Shown in pieces: positions 10,432 to 20,818 of a stretch of 64,000 bases of DNA. Source of the stretch: Planctomycetota bacterium (GTDB lineage: Bacteria; Planctomycetota; UBA1135; UBA2386); the NCBI GenBank assembly GCA_965223545.1, contig OZ245006.1:4640001-4704000 (forward strand). Reading direction: 5' to 3'. The notes under the pieces are model-generated. The model was not told the origin of the DNA. It did not search any database and saw only the letters and a program-made list of their open reading frames with translations. Position 1 is the first letter of the stretch; the number at the start of each line of letters is the position of its first letter. Made by a program: the position numbers and the translations under genes.

Positions 10432-11937
10432 CTACTCCCCGACCGTGCCCTTGCCGGCGTTCGTCAACACCACGCCGGCGGGATTGGCGCCGAAGTCCAC
10501 CGCTGCGTACTGGTTGAAGAAGTCGTGGCCGATCAGCGCCGCGGTGGTCGGCACCCGCAGGTTGTAGGAAGGGTTGCCGGAGCCGGTCGACAGCGGGACC
10601 GGCGAGTCGAGACTGACCAGCAGCGAGCAGCCCGTCATGCCGTAGCTGTCGAGGGGCATCGGCAGCGGCGAACCCGACCACGTCGCGTCGGAGGCACCGA
10701 ACCACAGCACGCCCATTTGGTTGGCCGGCACGTTGTCGACCTGGATCGTCATCGAGCGGCCGACATCCGGAAAGCCCACCGAGCTCAGTGTCGCGGTGCC
10801 GGCCGAGCCGGCGCAGCCGTTGCCGAACGCGTTGTAGAAGCCGCCCGGACTCTGCAGCAGTGCTTGCAGTGCCGAGCGCAGGTTGCTGCGGTCGATGCGC
10901 GTGCCCTGGTTCGAGCCGCCGCTCGAGCTGCAGCCGCCATGCGTGTGGATGCCGATCGCGTTGCCGGTGTTCTCGTGGATCACCGGCGAACCGGAGTTGC
11001 CGCCGGTGGTGTCGGTGCGGTAGCGCAGCGAAGTCGAGCCCAGCGACGCCAGGGGGCCGACGTGGGTCTTCTGCGCGCCGTTCCACTGCCGCGGCACGCC
11101 ACTGCCCGTCGTCCCGTAGCCCGTGATGCGGATGTTGTTGCCGCCCACGCTGCCGGGCAGAGTGCCGACGTTGTACCAACCGCCCTGACCCTGGCCGGGG
11201 TAGAGGCCGGTGTTGCTGTTGCGGCCGGCGTAGGCGCACATCCAGTCGGCGCCGACACCCGAGTTCTGCAGCTGGCGGGTCGCGGTGATGACCGGATACT
11301 GATCGTCCGGCGGTGGCGCGACGTATCCGCCACTGCCGGTCGAGAGGGGCACGTTGACGTGGATCTGGTTCGCGCCCGAAGCGCAGTGACCGGCGGTGAG
11401 CACGACGCGCGGGCCGGCGAGCCACATCGAGCAGCCGTTGGGCGCGGCGCGCCCTGCGCGGGGGTCTTCGCTCGGTCGGCGGTCGTCGGTGCGGCCGCAG
11501 ATGGTCTCCGCGATCGCCACACCACCGTCGCGCACTTGGAACACGAACACGCGGTTGCCGCGGGTGTTGGCGCCCGCGACCAGCTCGACGTCGACGGCGT
11601 TGCCGTTGAAGTAGGCCGATTCGTTCGAGTAGTCGCGCAGACTGCCCGCGTCGAACCACTGCACGGCGCCGTCGAGCCGCGAGGTCAGCCGCAAGCGTGT
11701 GCCGGCCGGCAGGTTCGTGTTCTGGAAGTGCAGCTGGATCCAGTCCGCGTCACGCGCGAGCTCGACCGTGCCGCGGAAGACGACGCGCGCCGAGGCGGCC
11801 GGGTTGGCGAGATAGCCCGAGTCGAGCGTGTAGGGCCGGTCGGTGTAGGTGACGGGTGGCGGATACTGGATCTGGGCGACGGTCGCGCTGGTGGCGATCG
11901 AGAAGCCTGCGAGAACGAGCAGTGAGCGATGGCGCAT
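10432..11937 (-). CDS. secreted trypsin-like (S1) serine protease with pro-domain and shared C-terminal domain
   Basis: Signal peptide; ETICG maturation site; TAGHC, DW and GNSGSP catalytic motifs. Confidence 0.92.
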   Translation of the reverse strand: MRHRSLLVLAGFSIATSATVAQIQYPPPVTYTDRPYTLDSGYLANPAASARVVFRGTVELARDADWIQLHFQNTNLPAGTRLRLTSRLDGAVQWFDAGSLRDYSNESAYFNGNAVDVELVAGANTRGNRVFVFQVRDGGVAIAETICGRTDDRRPSEDPRAGRAAPNGCSMWLAGPRVVLTAGHCASGANQIHVNVPLSTGSGGYVAPPPDDQYPVITATRQLQNSGVGADWMCAYAGRNSNTGLYPGQGQGGWYNVGTLPGSVGGNNIRITGYGTTGSGVPRQWNGAQKTHVGPLASLGSTSLRYRTDTTGGNSGSPVIHENTGNAIGIHTHGGCSSSGGSNQGTRIDRSNLRSALQALLQSPGGFYNAFGNGCAGSAGTATLSSVGFPDVGRSMTIQVDNVPANQMGVLWFGASDATWSGSPLPMPLDSYGMTGCSLLVSLDSPVPLSTGSGNPSYNLRVPTTAALIGHDFFNQYAAVDFGANPAGVVLTNAGKGTVGE

Positions 11938-12004
11938 GAGAGGCCTGAGTCGTCGCGAGACGACGCAAAGAGGACCGGGTGGGAGACGGCAGGCCCGCGC
12001 GAGT

Positions 12005-13561
12005 CTAGCGGTGCGCCGGTGGTGCTGCAGCCTGGTCGACCGGGTCTGGCAGATTGCCGGTGCGCGGTGCGCGTTCCGGCACGCTCAACCGCAAGATCGA
12101 GTGGAAGTCGACCGGGCCTTCGACGCGGTGGCATCGGGAGTCGGCGATCCGCTCGGTCAGCTGGCGCGCGGTTTGGTCCGGATTGGTGCTGATCACCAGC
12201 ACGCTGCCGTGGGTGGCGAGCGCGTCGCGCAGCGCGGCAGCCGGCCGCGGCGTCAGTCCTTCGCGCTCGAGGTAGAGACGCATGGCCGGCAAGTCGACTT
12301 CGCCGAAGAACACTCCGCCGCCGCTGGCCAGCGCCCGCGCCCGACGCGCGACCGCGCCCGGATCGAATGGCCCGAGGTAGTAGGCGGCGCACAGGTCCTG
12401 GGGCTTGATGCCGCGCTGTAGATCCTCGAGCTGCTGGGCGTCATGACGGCGCAGCTGCCACACCAGCGTCGTCGGCAGCGAGATCGCGATGGCGGCGATC
12501 GCCGCGAGCGCGCCGGGCCAGCGGCGGATCGCGGTTGCCGCCGTGGCGACGCCGACGCCCACCAGCACGGAGAAGGCGGGAAGCAGCGGGACGAAGACGC
12601 GGTCGAAGGGGCGGTCGCCGCGAACGAAGCTCAGGGCGAACGGCACCAACAGCGCGATGGCGGCCAGCGCGAGGACGGGCTGTCGCACCCGGCCTCGCAA
12701 CGCCAGCAGGCCACCGGCGGCGGTCACCAACAACAGCCAGCGGCCACTGCCGAACGCCACCAGCACACGCGGCATCGTCTCGCTGAGCGTTGCCCATCGG
12801 AACGGCGCGTCGGCGCGGACGAAAGGGCTGCTCGCGATCTGGCGAAGCATCGGCGACAGCAACAGCGCGGCCGTGAGGATGCCGAGCACGACCATCGCGC
12901 CGCCGCGAAGGCAGCGAGCCCACGGCTGGCCAGAGGCGCGGGCGGCCAACGGCAGGGCTGAGCCGATGGCGAGGGCCGCGTACAGATTGCCCGGACTGGT
13001 GTAGAGCAGCGTGGCAGTGGCCAGGACCAGGCCGACCGCGCCTCGCCGCGACGGTGCCGTGGATTCTCGCAGGCCGAAGTCGAGCATGGCGGCGAAGGCC
13101 AACATCGCCAGGCCGTAGCCGCGGGCTTGGCTGGCGAAGTGCGCGGCGGGCACCGCGGTCAGCAGCGTCGCCAGCGACCACAAGCCGGCCGCGGTCCCGC
13201 CGGCGCGGCGCGCCGCGCGGAACGTCAGCCATGCCGCCGCGAGCACGGCGAAGAGCGTAGGCGCGCGCAGCAGCACCGGGTGGGTGCAGATCGCGTCGAG
13301 GTCGGCGCCCAGCAGCCGCAGCCACAGGCTGCCGAGCAGGTTGAACAACACGTGGTTGTTCGGGGTCGCGTAGTCGGTCGCGGTGTGGGTGAGCGGAGCC
13401 AGCTGGTAGTTCTCCAAGCTCCAGACCTCGTCGTACCACAGACCGAGTGGCGCGCTGCGCGTCACGACCAGGGCGGCGAACGCGCCGAGCATGGCGATCA
13501 CGCCGAGTCGGGTGCGCCACGACAGTGGCGGCGAGGCGTGCGGTTGGGGGTGGCCGGGCAC
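12005..13561 (-). CDS. GT-C fold membrane glycosyltransferase (PMT/ArnT-like)
   Basis: LWYDE after the first TM, PNNH, ARGY, multiple TM helices. Confidence 0.75.
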   Translation of the reverse strand: MPGHPQPHASPPLSWRTRLGVIAMLGAFAALVVTRSAPLGLWYDEVWSLENYQLAPLTHTATDYATPNNHVLFNLLGSLWLRLLGADLDAICTHPVLLRAPTLFAVLAAAWLTFRAARRAGGTAAGLWSLATLLTAVPAAHFASQARGYGLAMLAFAAMLDFGLRESTAPSRRGAVGLVLATATLLYTSPGNLYAALAIGSALPLAARASGQPWARCLRGGAMVVLGILTAALLLSPMLRQIASSPFVRADAPFRWATLSETMPRVLVAFGSGRWLLLVTAAGGLLALRGRVRQPVLALAAIALLVPFALSFVRGDRPFDRVFVPLLPAFSVLVGVGVATAATAIRRWPGALAAIAAIAISLPTTLVWQLRRHDAQQLEDLQRGIKPQDLCAAYYLGPFDPGAVARRARALASGGGVFFGEVDLPAMRLYLEREGLTPRPAAALRDALATHGSVLVISTNPDQTARQLTERIADSRCHRVEGPVDFHSILRLSVPERAPRTGNLPDPVDQAAAPPAHR

Positions 13562-13638
13562 TGCTCCTGCATCGTCGCGCGCCCCGCGGCGGCTTCAGTC
13601 TTCGTGTCGCCCCGGCCGCTCGGACCGCCCGGCGGGCG

Positions 13639-14961
13639 TCAGCGCCCCCAGAGGCCGAGTTGGCGATAGCGCTCGCGGTATTTTTCGGCCAGCGCGGTCT
13701 GCTTGTTGGCCAGGTCGATCCGCCGTCCGTCGATGAACGCGTGCAGCACGCGGGTCTCCAGCTCGAGCGGGTCGCCGTCGGTGACGATCAAGGTGGCCGA
13801 CTTGCCGCGTTCGAGCGAGCCGTAGCGGTCGGCAATGCCGAGGACCTCGGCGGCGCTCAGTGTGATGGCGCGCAGGGCGGCCTGGCGATCGAGGCCGTAG
13901 GCAACGGCGGTGGCGGCGTGATACGGCAGGTTGCGCTCGTTGTAGAAGCTGCCACTGCTCGCCAGGCACCACTGCAACCCGGCTGCCTCGAGCGCGGCAG
14001 GCAACGAGAACGGTGCGTCGTAGGCTTGGTCGCGGCGCTGCGGCAACCGATGAGTGCCGGTGACGATGACCGGAACCTCGAGCCGGAGCAGGAGATCGCG
14101 GCACGCGTGCGCGCCGGTGCCACCGATCAGCACCGCGTGGAGCCCTTCGCTCTCGGTCCAGGCAAGCGCCGATTCGATCGCTTCGCGGTCGGCGGCTCGG
14201 ACGAACACCGGGTGGTCCTCGAGCAGCGCCCCGCGCAGGGCCTCGTGCCTGACGTCGAGCGGGACGGTCGGGTCGGCGGCGCGCGCCTGCAGGTAGCTGC
14301 GCGCGGCGAGCACGTGGCGCTCGATCGCGGCGCGCCGTTCGTCGACGGACGGCCTCGAGTCGCCGCCGCGCGGCGGGCCGAAGCGGCGTTGCGGCCGCCG
14401 CGAGGGCCACTCGATGACGACACCGGCATCGGCGCGCACCGCCAGGTCTTCCCACGTCCAGCCATCCATGTGCGCGACCGCCGCCCGGCCCGCGATCAGG
14501 CCGCCGCTGGGGAACACGCCGGCGAGCAGGACGCCGTTGCTGCGCGCCACCGGCAGCGCGGTGGAGTCCGGGTTGACCGCGACGATGGCGCGGGCCTCCG
14601 GCGTCAAGTCACCGATCTCGGTGCGGTCGATGGTCGCGCGCGAAGAGCCGATCTCGACCAGACCGAGCGTCGTCACCGCCGAGATCAGGCCGGGGTAGAC
14701 GTGCAGGCCGCGGCCGTCGATGTGCTCGGCGTCGGCCGGGGGCGTCGTGCCGCCGGCCGCGCCCAGGGCTTGGATCGAGCCCTCGCCGAACCACAGCGAG
14801 CCACCGGCGATGGTCGGGCCGGACACCGGGTGCAGGGTGGCGTCGGTGATCACCACCGGTCGGGCTTGCGCGGGCGCCTTGTGGCCGAGATCTTGCGCAG
14901 CCCCCGGCGCTGCCAACGCGAGGCCGAGCGCCGTCAGACCAAGACAGCGGACGTCGTTCAT
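13639..14961 (-). CDS. secreted amidohydrolase-family protein (partner subunit lacking the HxH motif)
   Basis: IDGRGLHVYPGLI and GSLERGKSATL; signal peptide from ATG 14961, overlapping the upstream stop. Confidence 0.85.
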   Translation of the reverse strand: MNDVRCLGLTALGLALAAPGAAQDLGHKAPAQARPVVITDATLHPVSGPTIAGGSLWFGEGSIQALGAAGGTTPPADAEHIDGRGLHVYPGLISAVTTLGLVEIGSSRATIDRTEIGDLTPEARAIVAVNPDSTALPVARSNGVLLAGVFPSGGLIAGRAAVAHMDGWTWEDLAVRADAGVVIEWPSRRPQRRFGPPRGGDSRPSVDERRAAIERHVLAARSYLQARAADPTVPLDVRHEALRGALLEDHPVFVRAADREAIESALAWTESEGLHAVLIGGTGAHACRDLLLRLEVPVIVTGTHRLPQRRDQAYDAPFSLPAALEAAGLQWCLASSGSFYNERNLPYHAATAVAYGLDRQAALRAITLSAAEVLGIADRYGSLERGKSATLIVTDGDPLELETRVLHAFIDGRRIDLANKQTALAEKYRERYRQLGLWGR

Positions 14962-17900
14962 CGGTGTGCTCCTGCTTCGCTCGCGCCGCACTCGCACGCA
15001 CCGCGCTCGTGGCTGGCTTCCGTGTACTCGAGCAGCATCGCGTCCAGGCCGGGGCCGTCCGGCGAGCGCGCCCCTCGCGACCGCTTCTTGCCCTTCGCCC
15101 GCAGCTTGCCGAGGATGCGCTGGCGCTCGGCGGCCGCGACCTCGCGCAGCTCCGCGTCGCGTGTCCGAGAGAACCGCAGCACGCCGTCGACCCAGGTGGC
15201 CTCGCAGCGCGCCGTGCTGCTCAGCGGCGGCGCCGACCAGAGCGCGAGGTCGGCGTCCATGCCGACCGCGATGCGGCCGACGCGATCCTCCATGCGCAGC
15301 TGCGCCGCCGGGCCCGAAGTGACGAAGCCGAGGGCCTCGTCGGGGTCCAGGCCGCCGTACTTGACTGCCTTGCCGGCCTCGGTGTTGAGCCGCCGCGCGA
15401 GCTCGTTGGAGTCGCTGTTGAACGACACCGTGACGCCGACGCGATGCAGGATGGCGCCGTTGTCCGGAATCGCGTCGTAGACCTCGAACTTGTAGCCCCA
15501 CCAGTCGCTGAACACCGACGCGCCGAGCGCCGCCTCGCGCACTGCCTCGGCGACCTTGTAGCACTCGAGACCGTGCTGGAAGGTGCCGATGACGAAGCCG
15601 AAGTCGCGCGCCACGCGGCACAGCATCAGGATCTCGTCCTGCCGGTAGCTGTGGCAGTGCACCAGCCGGTCGCCGGCGAGGATCTCCGCCAGCGCTTCGA
15701 GCTCGAGGTCGCGCCGCGGCGCATAGCGCGCCGCCTGCTCCTCGGGCGGGAGTGCGGCGTAGCGCGCCCATTCGGCGGCGTAGTCGCGCGCGGCGGCAAA
15801 GCGGTCGCGGATCAGGGCTTCGACGCCCATGCGCGTGCCCGGGTAGCGCGTGGAGTCGGGGCTGCGGGCGCGCTTGGGGTTCTCGCCGAGCGCGAACTTG
15901 ATGCCGGGGGCGGCGTGCTCCGCGCGCAGGTCGGCGGCGCGGGCCGCCCCCCAGCGCAGCTTGACGACGTTGCTCTGGCCACCGATGGGATTGGCCGAGC
16001 CGTGCAGCTGCTGCACCATCGTGACGCCGCCGGCGAGCTGCCGATACCAGCTGATGTCGTCGGGGTCGACGGCGTCGGCGATGCGCACCTCGCTGGTCAC
16101 CGCCTGGCTGCCCTCGTTGATGCCCCGCGAGATGCCGGTGTGGCTGTGGCAGTCGATCAGGCCGGGCGTCAGGTGGCGGCCGCCGCCGTCGACGAGCTGC
16201 TCGGCCCGGTCGGTCGGTGCATCGGCGTCGGCGCCGACCCATCGGATCGCGCCGTCCGCGAACAGCACCGCGCCGTCGCGGATCACACCGGACGGAGTGT
16301 GCCAGACGGTGACGTTGCGGATCAGCGTCGGCACCGCGATGCGTGGCTCGAGCTCGCCGTACGCGCCGAGCGGCGTCGGCAGGGCTTCGGGCACCCCGGC
16401 GTCGGCTGCCGCATCTTCGCCCTCACCGTCGTCGTCGCCATCGTCGCCGGCGTCCGCGTCGTCGGGTTCACGGTCGCCGCCGGAAGGCATCCGCGACGCG
16501 ACCAGCTCGAGCGGTCGTCCGCTCGTATCGACCGCGCTGCCGATCAAGCCGTCGCCGGCGCGCAGCACGCGCACTGCCAACCAACCGCCGCGGCCGAGCG
16601 CGGTGCCGGGCACCAGACACTCGATCCGATCGGCGGTGACCGTCGCGTTGCGCGTGCTTTCGGTCGTGCGCTCCCCGTCGTCCGCCACCGACAGCGAGAC
16701 GTCGTCACCGTCGACCACCAGGCGGGCGTCGAGCAATTGGCGGTCGAGCTCGAGCGACCAAGTTCCGTCGAGGCGCTCGTCGCGCGGGTCGTGCACGACG
16801 TGTCGGCGACCGCGCACCCAGACGTCGAGTACGCGCGTGGCTTCGGCGAAGGGCTCGCCGTCGGACACGACGAGGTTGGCGAGCTGGCCCGGTGCGACCT
16901 TGCCCAGCTGTCGTTCGAGCCCGAGCATCCTCGCGGGCACCGTCGTCAGCATTGCCAGTGCCTGCGCGGGCGTCAGACCGTGCTGCAGGGCGTCGCGCAG
17001 CCGCGCCCAGGCGTCTTCGCGGCGCTCGAGCCCGTGCGTGGTCAGCGCCGCGGTCAGGCCTGCGGCAACCACCCGGCGCGGGTTGGTCGGCGCCTGCTCC
17101 CAGGTCATCAGCTGGCGCAGACTGACTTGGTCCGCGAGGTGCTGCTCGTGCACGTCGGGGGCGTCGGGGAACGCGAGCGGCAGGAGCAGCTCCGGTCGAT
17201 CCTCCGCCAGCGCGGCCAGTCGGCGGAACTCCGTGCCGCTGCCCAGAATCAGGAACGGTCGGTCGTGATCGCGCGCGAGGGCGCCTGCCGCCAGGGCCTG
17301 ATGCTCGTCGGCACAGACGAACAGCAGTGGAGTGGGGTTGTCGCTGCCGCCGAGTGCTGCCAGCGCCGCGTTCGCCGGCGGTGGCTCGCGGCCATCCGGC
17401 GCCGCCGCGTACAGCGCGTGGTTGCGCTGATGCCGGTCGGCGTCGAGCAGCGTTTGCCGCACCACCGCGAACGCGCCCATCAACGAGCGCGGATAGCCAT
17501 CGCGGTTGCGGTCGAAGGCGACGGCCTGGAACGGCCGCCGCGCGACGACCCCGGTGGGCGTCGTGCCGTCCTCCGCCGGCGCGTCGAGCAACACGACCGC
17601 GCCGGTGCCGCGGAAGATACCGCCGCTCGGCGCGGCGGCGGCGGCGGCGAAGCCCAGCGCCCGCAGCTCCTCGCGCAGCGCGGCGGGCACTCCGGTGCCG
17701 TCGAGTGCCGAGCGCTGCGGCGTGACGACCGGGTTCCAGTGCGCGTTCTCCGCCAGCTCGGCGGGCGGCGGTGCGGCCACCTCGAGGTACGGCTCGATCA
17801 GGCCCGCGTGCACCACGCGGCCGGTGCAGTCCCAGACGCGGGCGCCCGGCGGCGGCGCGATGCCGGCGCCGACCGCGGTGATGACGCCGTCGCGCAGCAC

Positions 17901-18071
17901 GACGGTCGCGTTCTCGATGCGTTCGTCGGGCGCGGGAATGAGCGTGGCGTGCACGAGGGCGTGCCAGCGGGCGTCGACGTGGCGGGGGCCGTTGGCGGGG
18001 GGCGACTGTGCGGTCCCCGGCGAGGGACACGAGCACAGGCCCAAGACGAGGAGGGCGAGCGGTCGCTTCAC
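14958..18071 (-). CDS. secreted double-domain amidohydrolase
   Basis: Signal peptide from GTG 18071. First domain is degenerate (GLIEPY); second has PGLIDCHSH, KFALGEN, HCHSYR and NSDS. Confidence 0.88.
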   Translation of the reverse strand: MKRPLALLVLGLCSCPSPGTAQSPPANGPRHVDARWHALVHATLIPAPDERIENATVVLRDGVITAVGAGIAPPPGARVWDCTGRVVHAGLIEPYLEVAAPPPAELAENAHWNPVVTPQRSALDGTGVPAALREELRALGFAAAAAAPSGGIFRGTGAVVLLDAPAEDGTTPTGVVARRPFQAVAFDRNRDGYPRSLMGAFAVVRQTLLDADRHQRNHALYAAAPDGREPPPANAALAALGGSDNPTPLLFVCADEHQALAAGALARDHDRPFLILGSGTEFRRLAALAEDRPELLLPLAFPDAPDVHEQHLADQVSLRQLMTWEQAPTNPRRVVAAGLTAALTTHGLERREDAWARLRDALQHGLTPAQALAMLTTVPARMLGLERQLGKVAPGQLANLVVSDGEPFAEATRVLDVWVRGRRHVVHDPRDERLDGTWSLELDRQLLDARLVVDGDDVSLSVADDGERTTESTRNATVTADRIECLVPGTALGRGGWLAVRVLRAGDGLIGSAVDTSGRPLELVASRMPSGGDREPDDADAGDDGDDDGEGEDAAADAGVPEALPTPLGAYGELEPRIAVPTLIRNVTVWHTPSGVIRDGAVLFADGAIRWVGADADAPTDRAEQLVDGGGRHLTPGLIDCHSHTGISRGINEGSQAVTSEVRIADAVDPDDISWYRQLAGGVTMVQQLHGSANPIGGQSNVVKLRWGAARAADLRAEHAAPGIKFALGENPKRARSPDSTRYPGTRMGVEALIRDRFAAARDYAAEWARYAALPPEEQAARYAPRRDLELEALAEILAGDRLVHCHSYRQDEILMLCRVARDFGFVIGTFQHGLECYKVAEAVREAALGASVFSDWWGYKFEVYDAIPDNGAILHRVGVTVSFNSDSNELARRLNTEAGKAVKYGGLDPDEALGFVTSGPAAQLRMEDRVGRIAVGMDADLALWSAPPLSSTARCEATWVDGVLRFSRTRDAELREVAAAERQRILGKLRAKGKKRSRGARSPDGPGLDAMLLEYTEASHERGACECGASEAGAHR

Positions 18072-18130
18072 GGCCGCAAGGGTAGGCGATGCGCGCCGGC
18101 CGCGCCCGGCCGCGGGCCGGGGAAAAAGCG

Positions 18131-19015
18131 CTATGCGCCGCCGGCCGGAGCCCACGCCGGGCCGAATGCCTCGACCAGCGCGCGCACCGCGCCGTCGCGG
18201 GTGGCGAACACCGCGATGAAGCGGTTCTTGTGGCAGAAGCGCGCGCCGGGGATGCCGGTGACCTGCTCGAGGGCGGCGTCGGTGAGGCCGGCCCACTCCG
18301 CGGGCAACGAGCGCTTGTTGGCGAAGCTGCCGGGCTCGGGAGGGATCGCGATGATCCGCCACGCGTCCTCCGCCGGCAGCAGCACGAATTCGGTCGGGTG
18401 CTCGCGGCCGCCGGCGGCAAAGTAGGTCTCCTTCCAGGGCACGTACTCGGTGAGCTCGATGGTGTGGCGTCCGGCGTCCGCGGCACGCTGCATGCAGGCC
18501 AGCACCGCGTTGCGCGCGTGCTGGCGCGCGCGCAGGCCGGCGGCGATGCCACGCACGTAGCGCTGCGCGAACGCGACCGCATCGGCGAACCGGCCGTCGA
18601 AGTCGTCGCCATCGTCGGCGTCGTGCGTCAACGAGCCGACCATGCTGGCGAAGCACGGCACGCCACGGTCGGGCGTGCGCCGGCCGTTGTCGACATCGTC
18701 GACGTAGTCGACCAGCTCGGCGCGCAGGGTGGCGGCGAGCGCGGTGTCGACGGCGGTCTCTTGCTCCAGCCAGTCGAGCACCATTCCCGCCGAGGAGCGC
18801 GGGCCTTCGTAATCGGTCTGGTGGTGGTCGAACCGCCGCCTTGCTGTGTCGAACTCGCCGCCGACGTCGACGACGACGTCGCAGCGCGCCAGCCGGTCGA
18901 GCTCGCGGCTGCGCACGATGGTCGCCTCGGCGTCGACGAACTCGCGCAGCATGGCGACGGCCAGGACGTCGTCGGCGTGGAAGCCGCCGGAATGGGTGCC
19001 GACCACGAGGGGCAT
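18131..19015 (-). CDS. MYG1 family (UPF0160) exonuclease/metal-dependent hydrolase
   Basis: THSGGFHADD, DVGG, FDHHQ, SSAG and FCH motifs. Confidence 0.92.
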   Translation of the reverse strand: MPLVVGTHSGGFHADDVLAVAMLREFVDAEATIVRSRELDRLARCDVVVDVGGEFDTARRRFDHHQTDYEGPRSSAGMVLDWLEQETAVDTALAATLRAELVDYVDDVDNGRRTPDRGVPCFASMVGSLTHDADDGDDFDGRFADAVAFAQRYVRGIAAGLRARQHARNAVLACMQRAADAGRHTIELTEYVPWKETYFAAGGREHPTEFVLLPAEDAWRIIAIPPEPGSFANKRSLPAEWAGLTDAALEQVTGIPGARFCHKNRFIAVFATRDGAVRALVEAFGPAWAPAGGA

Positions 19016-19089
19016 GGCGCGACGGTAACCCCGCCGTTCGGGATCCGTCCGCGCCGGCGTGATAGAACGAGCGGTTTTCTTGCGAGCCC

Positions 19090-20481
19090 ATGCGTGATCC
19101 CGAGGAGCTGGCGCCGCCGAGCGAAGCGTTGGGGCGCCGCGCATTCTTTGCGCGCGCCGCGGCATTCGCGGTGGGTGCGCGGGGCTTGCGCGCGGCGTGG
19201 TTGAGCGGGGCCTTGACGGCCTGCAGCGGTGCGCGTTCGCCCACCGGCAGATACGGCCCGCTGCGCCCGGACCCCCACGGCGTGCTCGATCTACCGGCCG
19301 GGTTTCGTTATTCCGTGTGGTCGAGCACCGGCGAGCGGATGAGCGATGGTCTGGCGGTGCCCGCTGCGCACGACGGAATGGCGGCGTTCCCCGGTCCAGA
19401 GGGAAGCACCGTGCTGGTGCGCAACCACGAGTTGATCACCGCGCCGCGCACCGCCGGCACGGTCGGGGCGGTCGAACCGGTGTACGATCCGGGCCGCGGT
19501 GCCGAAGCCGTCGTCGGGGGCACGACCACGCTGGTGTTCGACACCCGTGCGCAGCGGCTGGTCCACCACCGTGCCAGCCTGGTCGGCACGGTGCGCAACT
19601 GCGCGGGTGGGCCGACGCCGTGGGGGACGTTTCTGTCGTGTGAAGAGACGGTGCAGCAGGCCGATGCGGTCTTCGCGCGCGACCACGGCTACGTGTTCGA
19701 GGTGCCGGCCGTCGCCGCGCTCGCGGCGGAGGCGCCGGAGCTCGAGGAGCCGCGGCCGCTCGTCGCGCTGGGCCGCTTCCGGCACGAGGCGGCGGCCGTC
19801 GACCCCGACACCGGCGTGGTCTACCTGACGGAGGATCGGCCGGAGGGGTTGCTGTACCGCTTCGTCCCCGACCAGCCCGGTGCCCTGGCGCGTGGCGGCC
19901 GCTTGCAGGCCTTGGCGGTGCGCGCTTGGCCGTCCGCCGATCTGCGCAACTGGAACTCGATGGTGCGCGGCATCGAGTGCGGCCGGCCGGTCTCCGTTTC
20001 TTGGGTCGAGCTGTCGGACGTCGAGGCGCCGCTCGACGATCTGCGCTTCCGCGGCCGGCGGGCGGGTGCTGGGTGCTTCGCGCGCGGCGAGGGCGCGTGG
20101 TGGGCGCGCGATCGGCTGTACTTCACCTGCACGACGGGCGGCAGCGCGCAGAAGGGGCAGCTCTGGTCTCTGCACGACGATGTGCTGACGCTGGTTCTCG
20201 AACCCAACGACGCCGGCGTGCTCGACTGCCCCGACAACATCGCGGCGGCGCCGGATGGAGATCTGGTGCTCTGCGAGGACGGTCCGGGGCGACAGCTCGT
20301 CCTCGGGGTGTCACCGCGCGGCGAGGTCTATCCGATCGCGCGCAACGCCCTCAACAACAGCGAGTTCGCCGGCGCCACGTTCTCTCCGGACGGCACCACG
20401 CTGTTCGTCAACATCCAGCGGCCGGGCCACACGCTGGCGATCACCGGCCCCTGGAGTGCGTCCGGTCCCTCGCGCGGCTGA
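19090..20481 (+). CDS. Tat-exported PhoX-family (DUF839) alkaline phosphatase
   Basis: RRAFF Tat motif; LVRNHE, NCAGGPTPWGTFLSCEE, GRFRHEA, PDN and EFAGATFSPDG. Confidence 0.9.
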   Translation: MRDPEELAPPSEALGRRAFFARAAAFAVGARGLRAAWLSGALTACSGARSPTGRYGPLRPDPHGVLDLPAGFRYSVWSSTGERMSDGLAVPAAHDGMAAFPGPEGSTVLVRNHELITAPRTAGTVGAVEPVYDPGRGAEAVVGGTTTLVFDTRAQRLVHHRASLVGTVRNCAGGPTPWGTFLSCEETVQQADAVFARDHGYVFEVPAVAALAAEAPELEEPRPLVALGRFRHEAAAVDPDTGVVYLTEDRPEGLLYRFVPDQPGALARGGRLQALAVRAWPSADLRNWNSMVRGIECGRPVSVSWVELSDVEAPLDDLRFRGRRAGAGCFARGEGAWWARDRLYFTCTTGGSAQKGQLWSLHDDVLTLVLEPNDAGVLDCPDNIAAAPDGDLVLCEDGPGRQLVLGVSPRGEVYPIARNALNNSEFAGATFSPDGTTLFVNIQRPGHTLAITGPWSASGPSRG

Positions 20482-20495
20482 GCCGCGTGGACCGC

Positions 20496-20627
20496 TCAGC
20501 CCTGCTCGGCTGGCGCGTTGGCGGGCGGGGTCTTCGCCTTCGCCATTTCCTCGCGGCGCTTGGCCTTCATGCGATTGCGGTGCTTGCGGTGCTTCTTCTT
20601 GACGGCGCGGGTTTTGGCGTTGGACAT
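20496..20627 (-). CDS. small basic Lys/Arg-rich protein (43 aa)
   Basis: MSNAKTRAVKKKHRKHRNRMKAKRREEMAKAK...; AAG/GC3-rich codon use, fills an intergenic gap. Confidence 0.7.
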   Translation of the reverse strand: MSNAKTRAVKKKHRKHRNRMKAKRREEMAKAKTPPANAPAEQG

Positions 20628-20818
20628 GGATCGTGGCTCGGAAGGGGCGAGAAGTGTGCCCGACCCGGCCGGCAGGCACAAGCTGTGGTTCGTCCGGTCG
20701 GCCGCAACTCGATCCCGAGGGCCGTCGGCGGCGCGCTCGGCGTTGACCGGGGTGGTCCCGGCTCGGACACTCGCGCCGCGCGAACCCCTGACCTCGGGCC
20801 GACCGCCCGAGCACACGC

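Noticed and set aside
7073..19244. Giant fusion proteins suggested by track ORFs 7073-11659, 13639-16242 and 14958-19244
   Set aside because: The N-terminal extensions are off-frame read-through of neighbouring genes; the real starts are 10387, 14961 and 18071.
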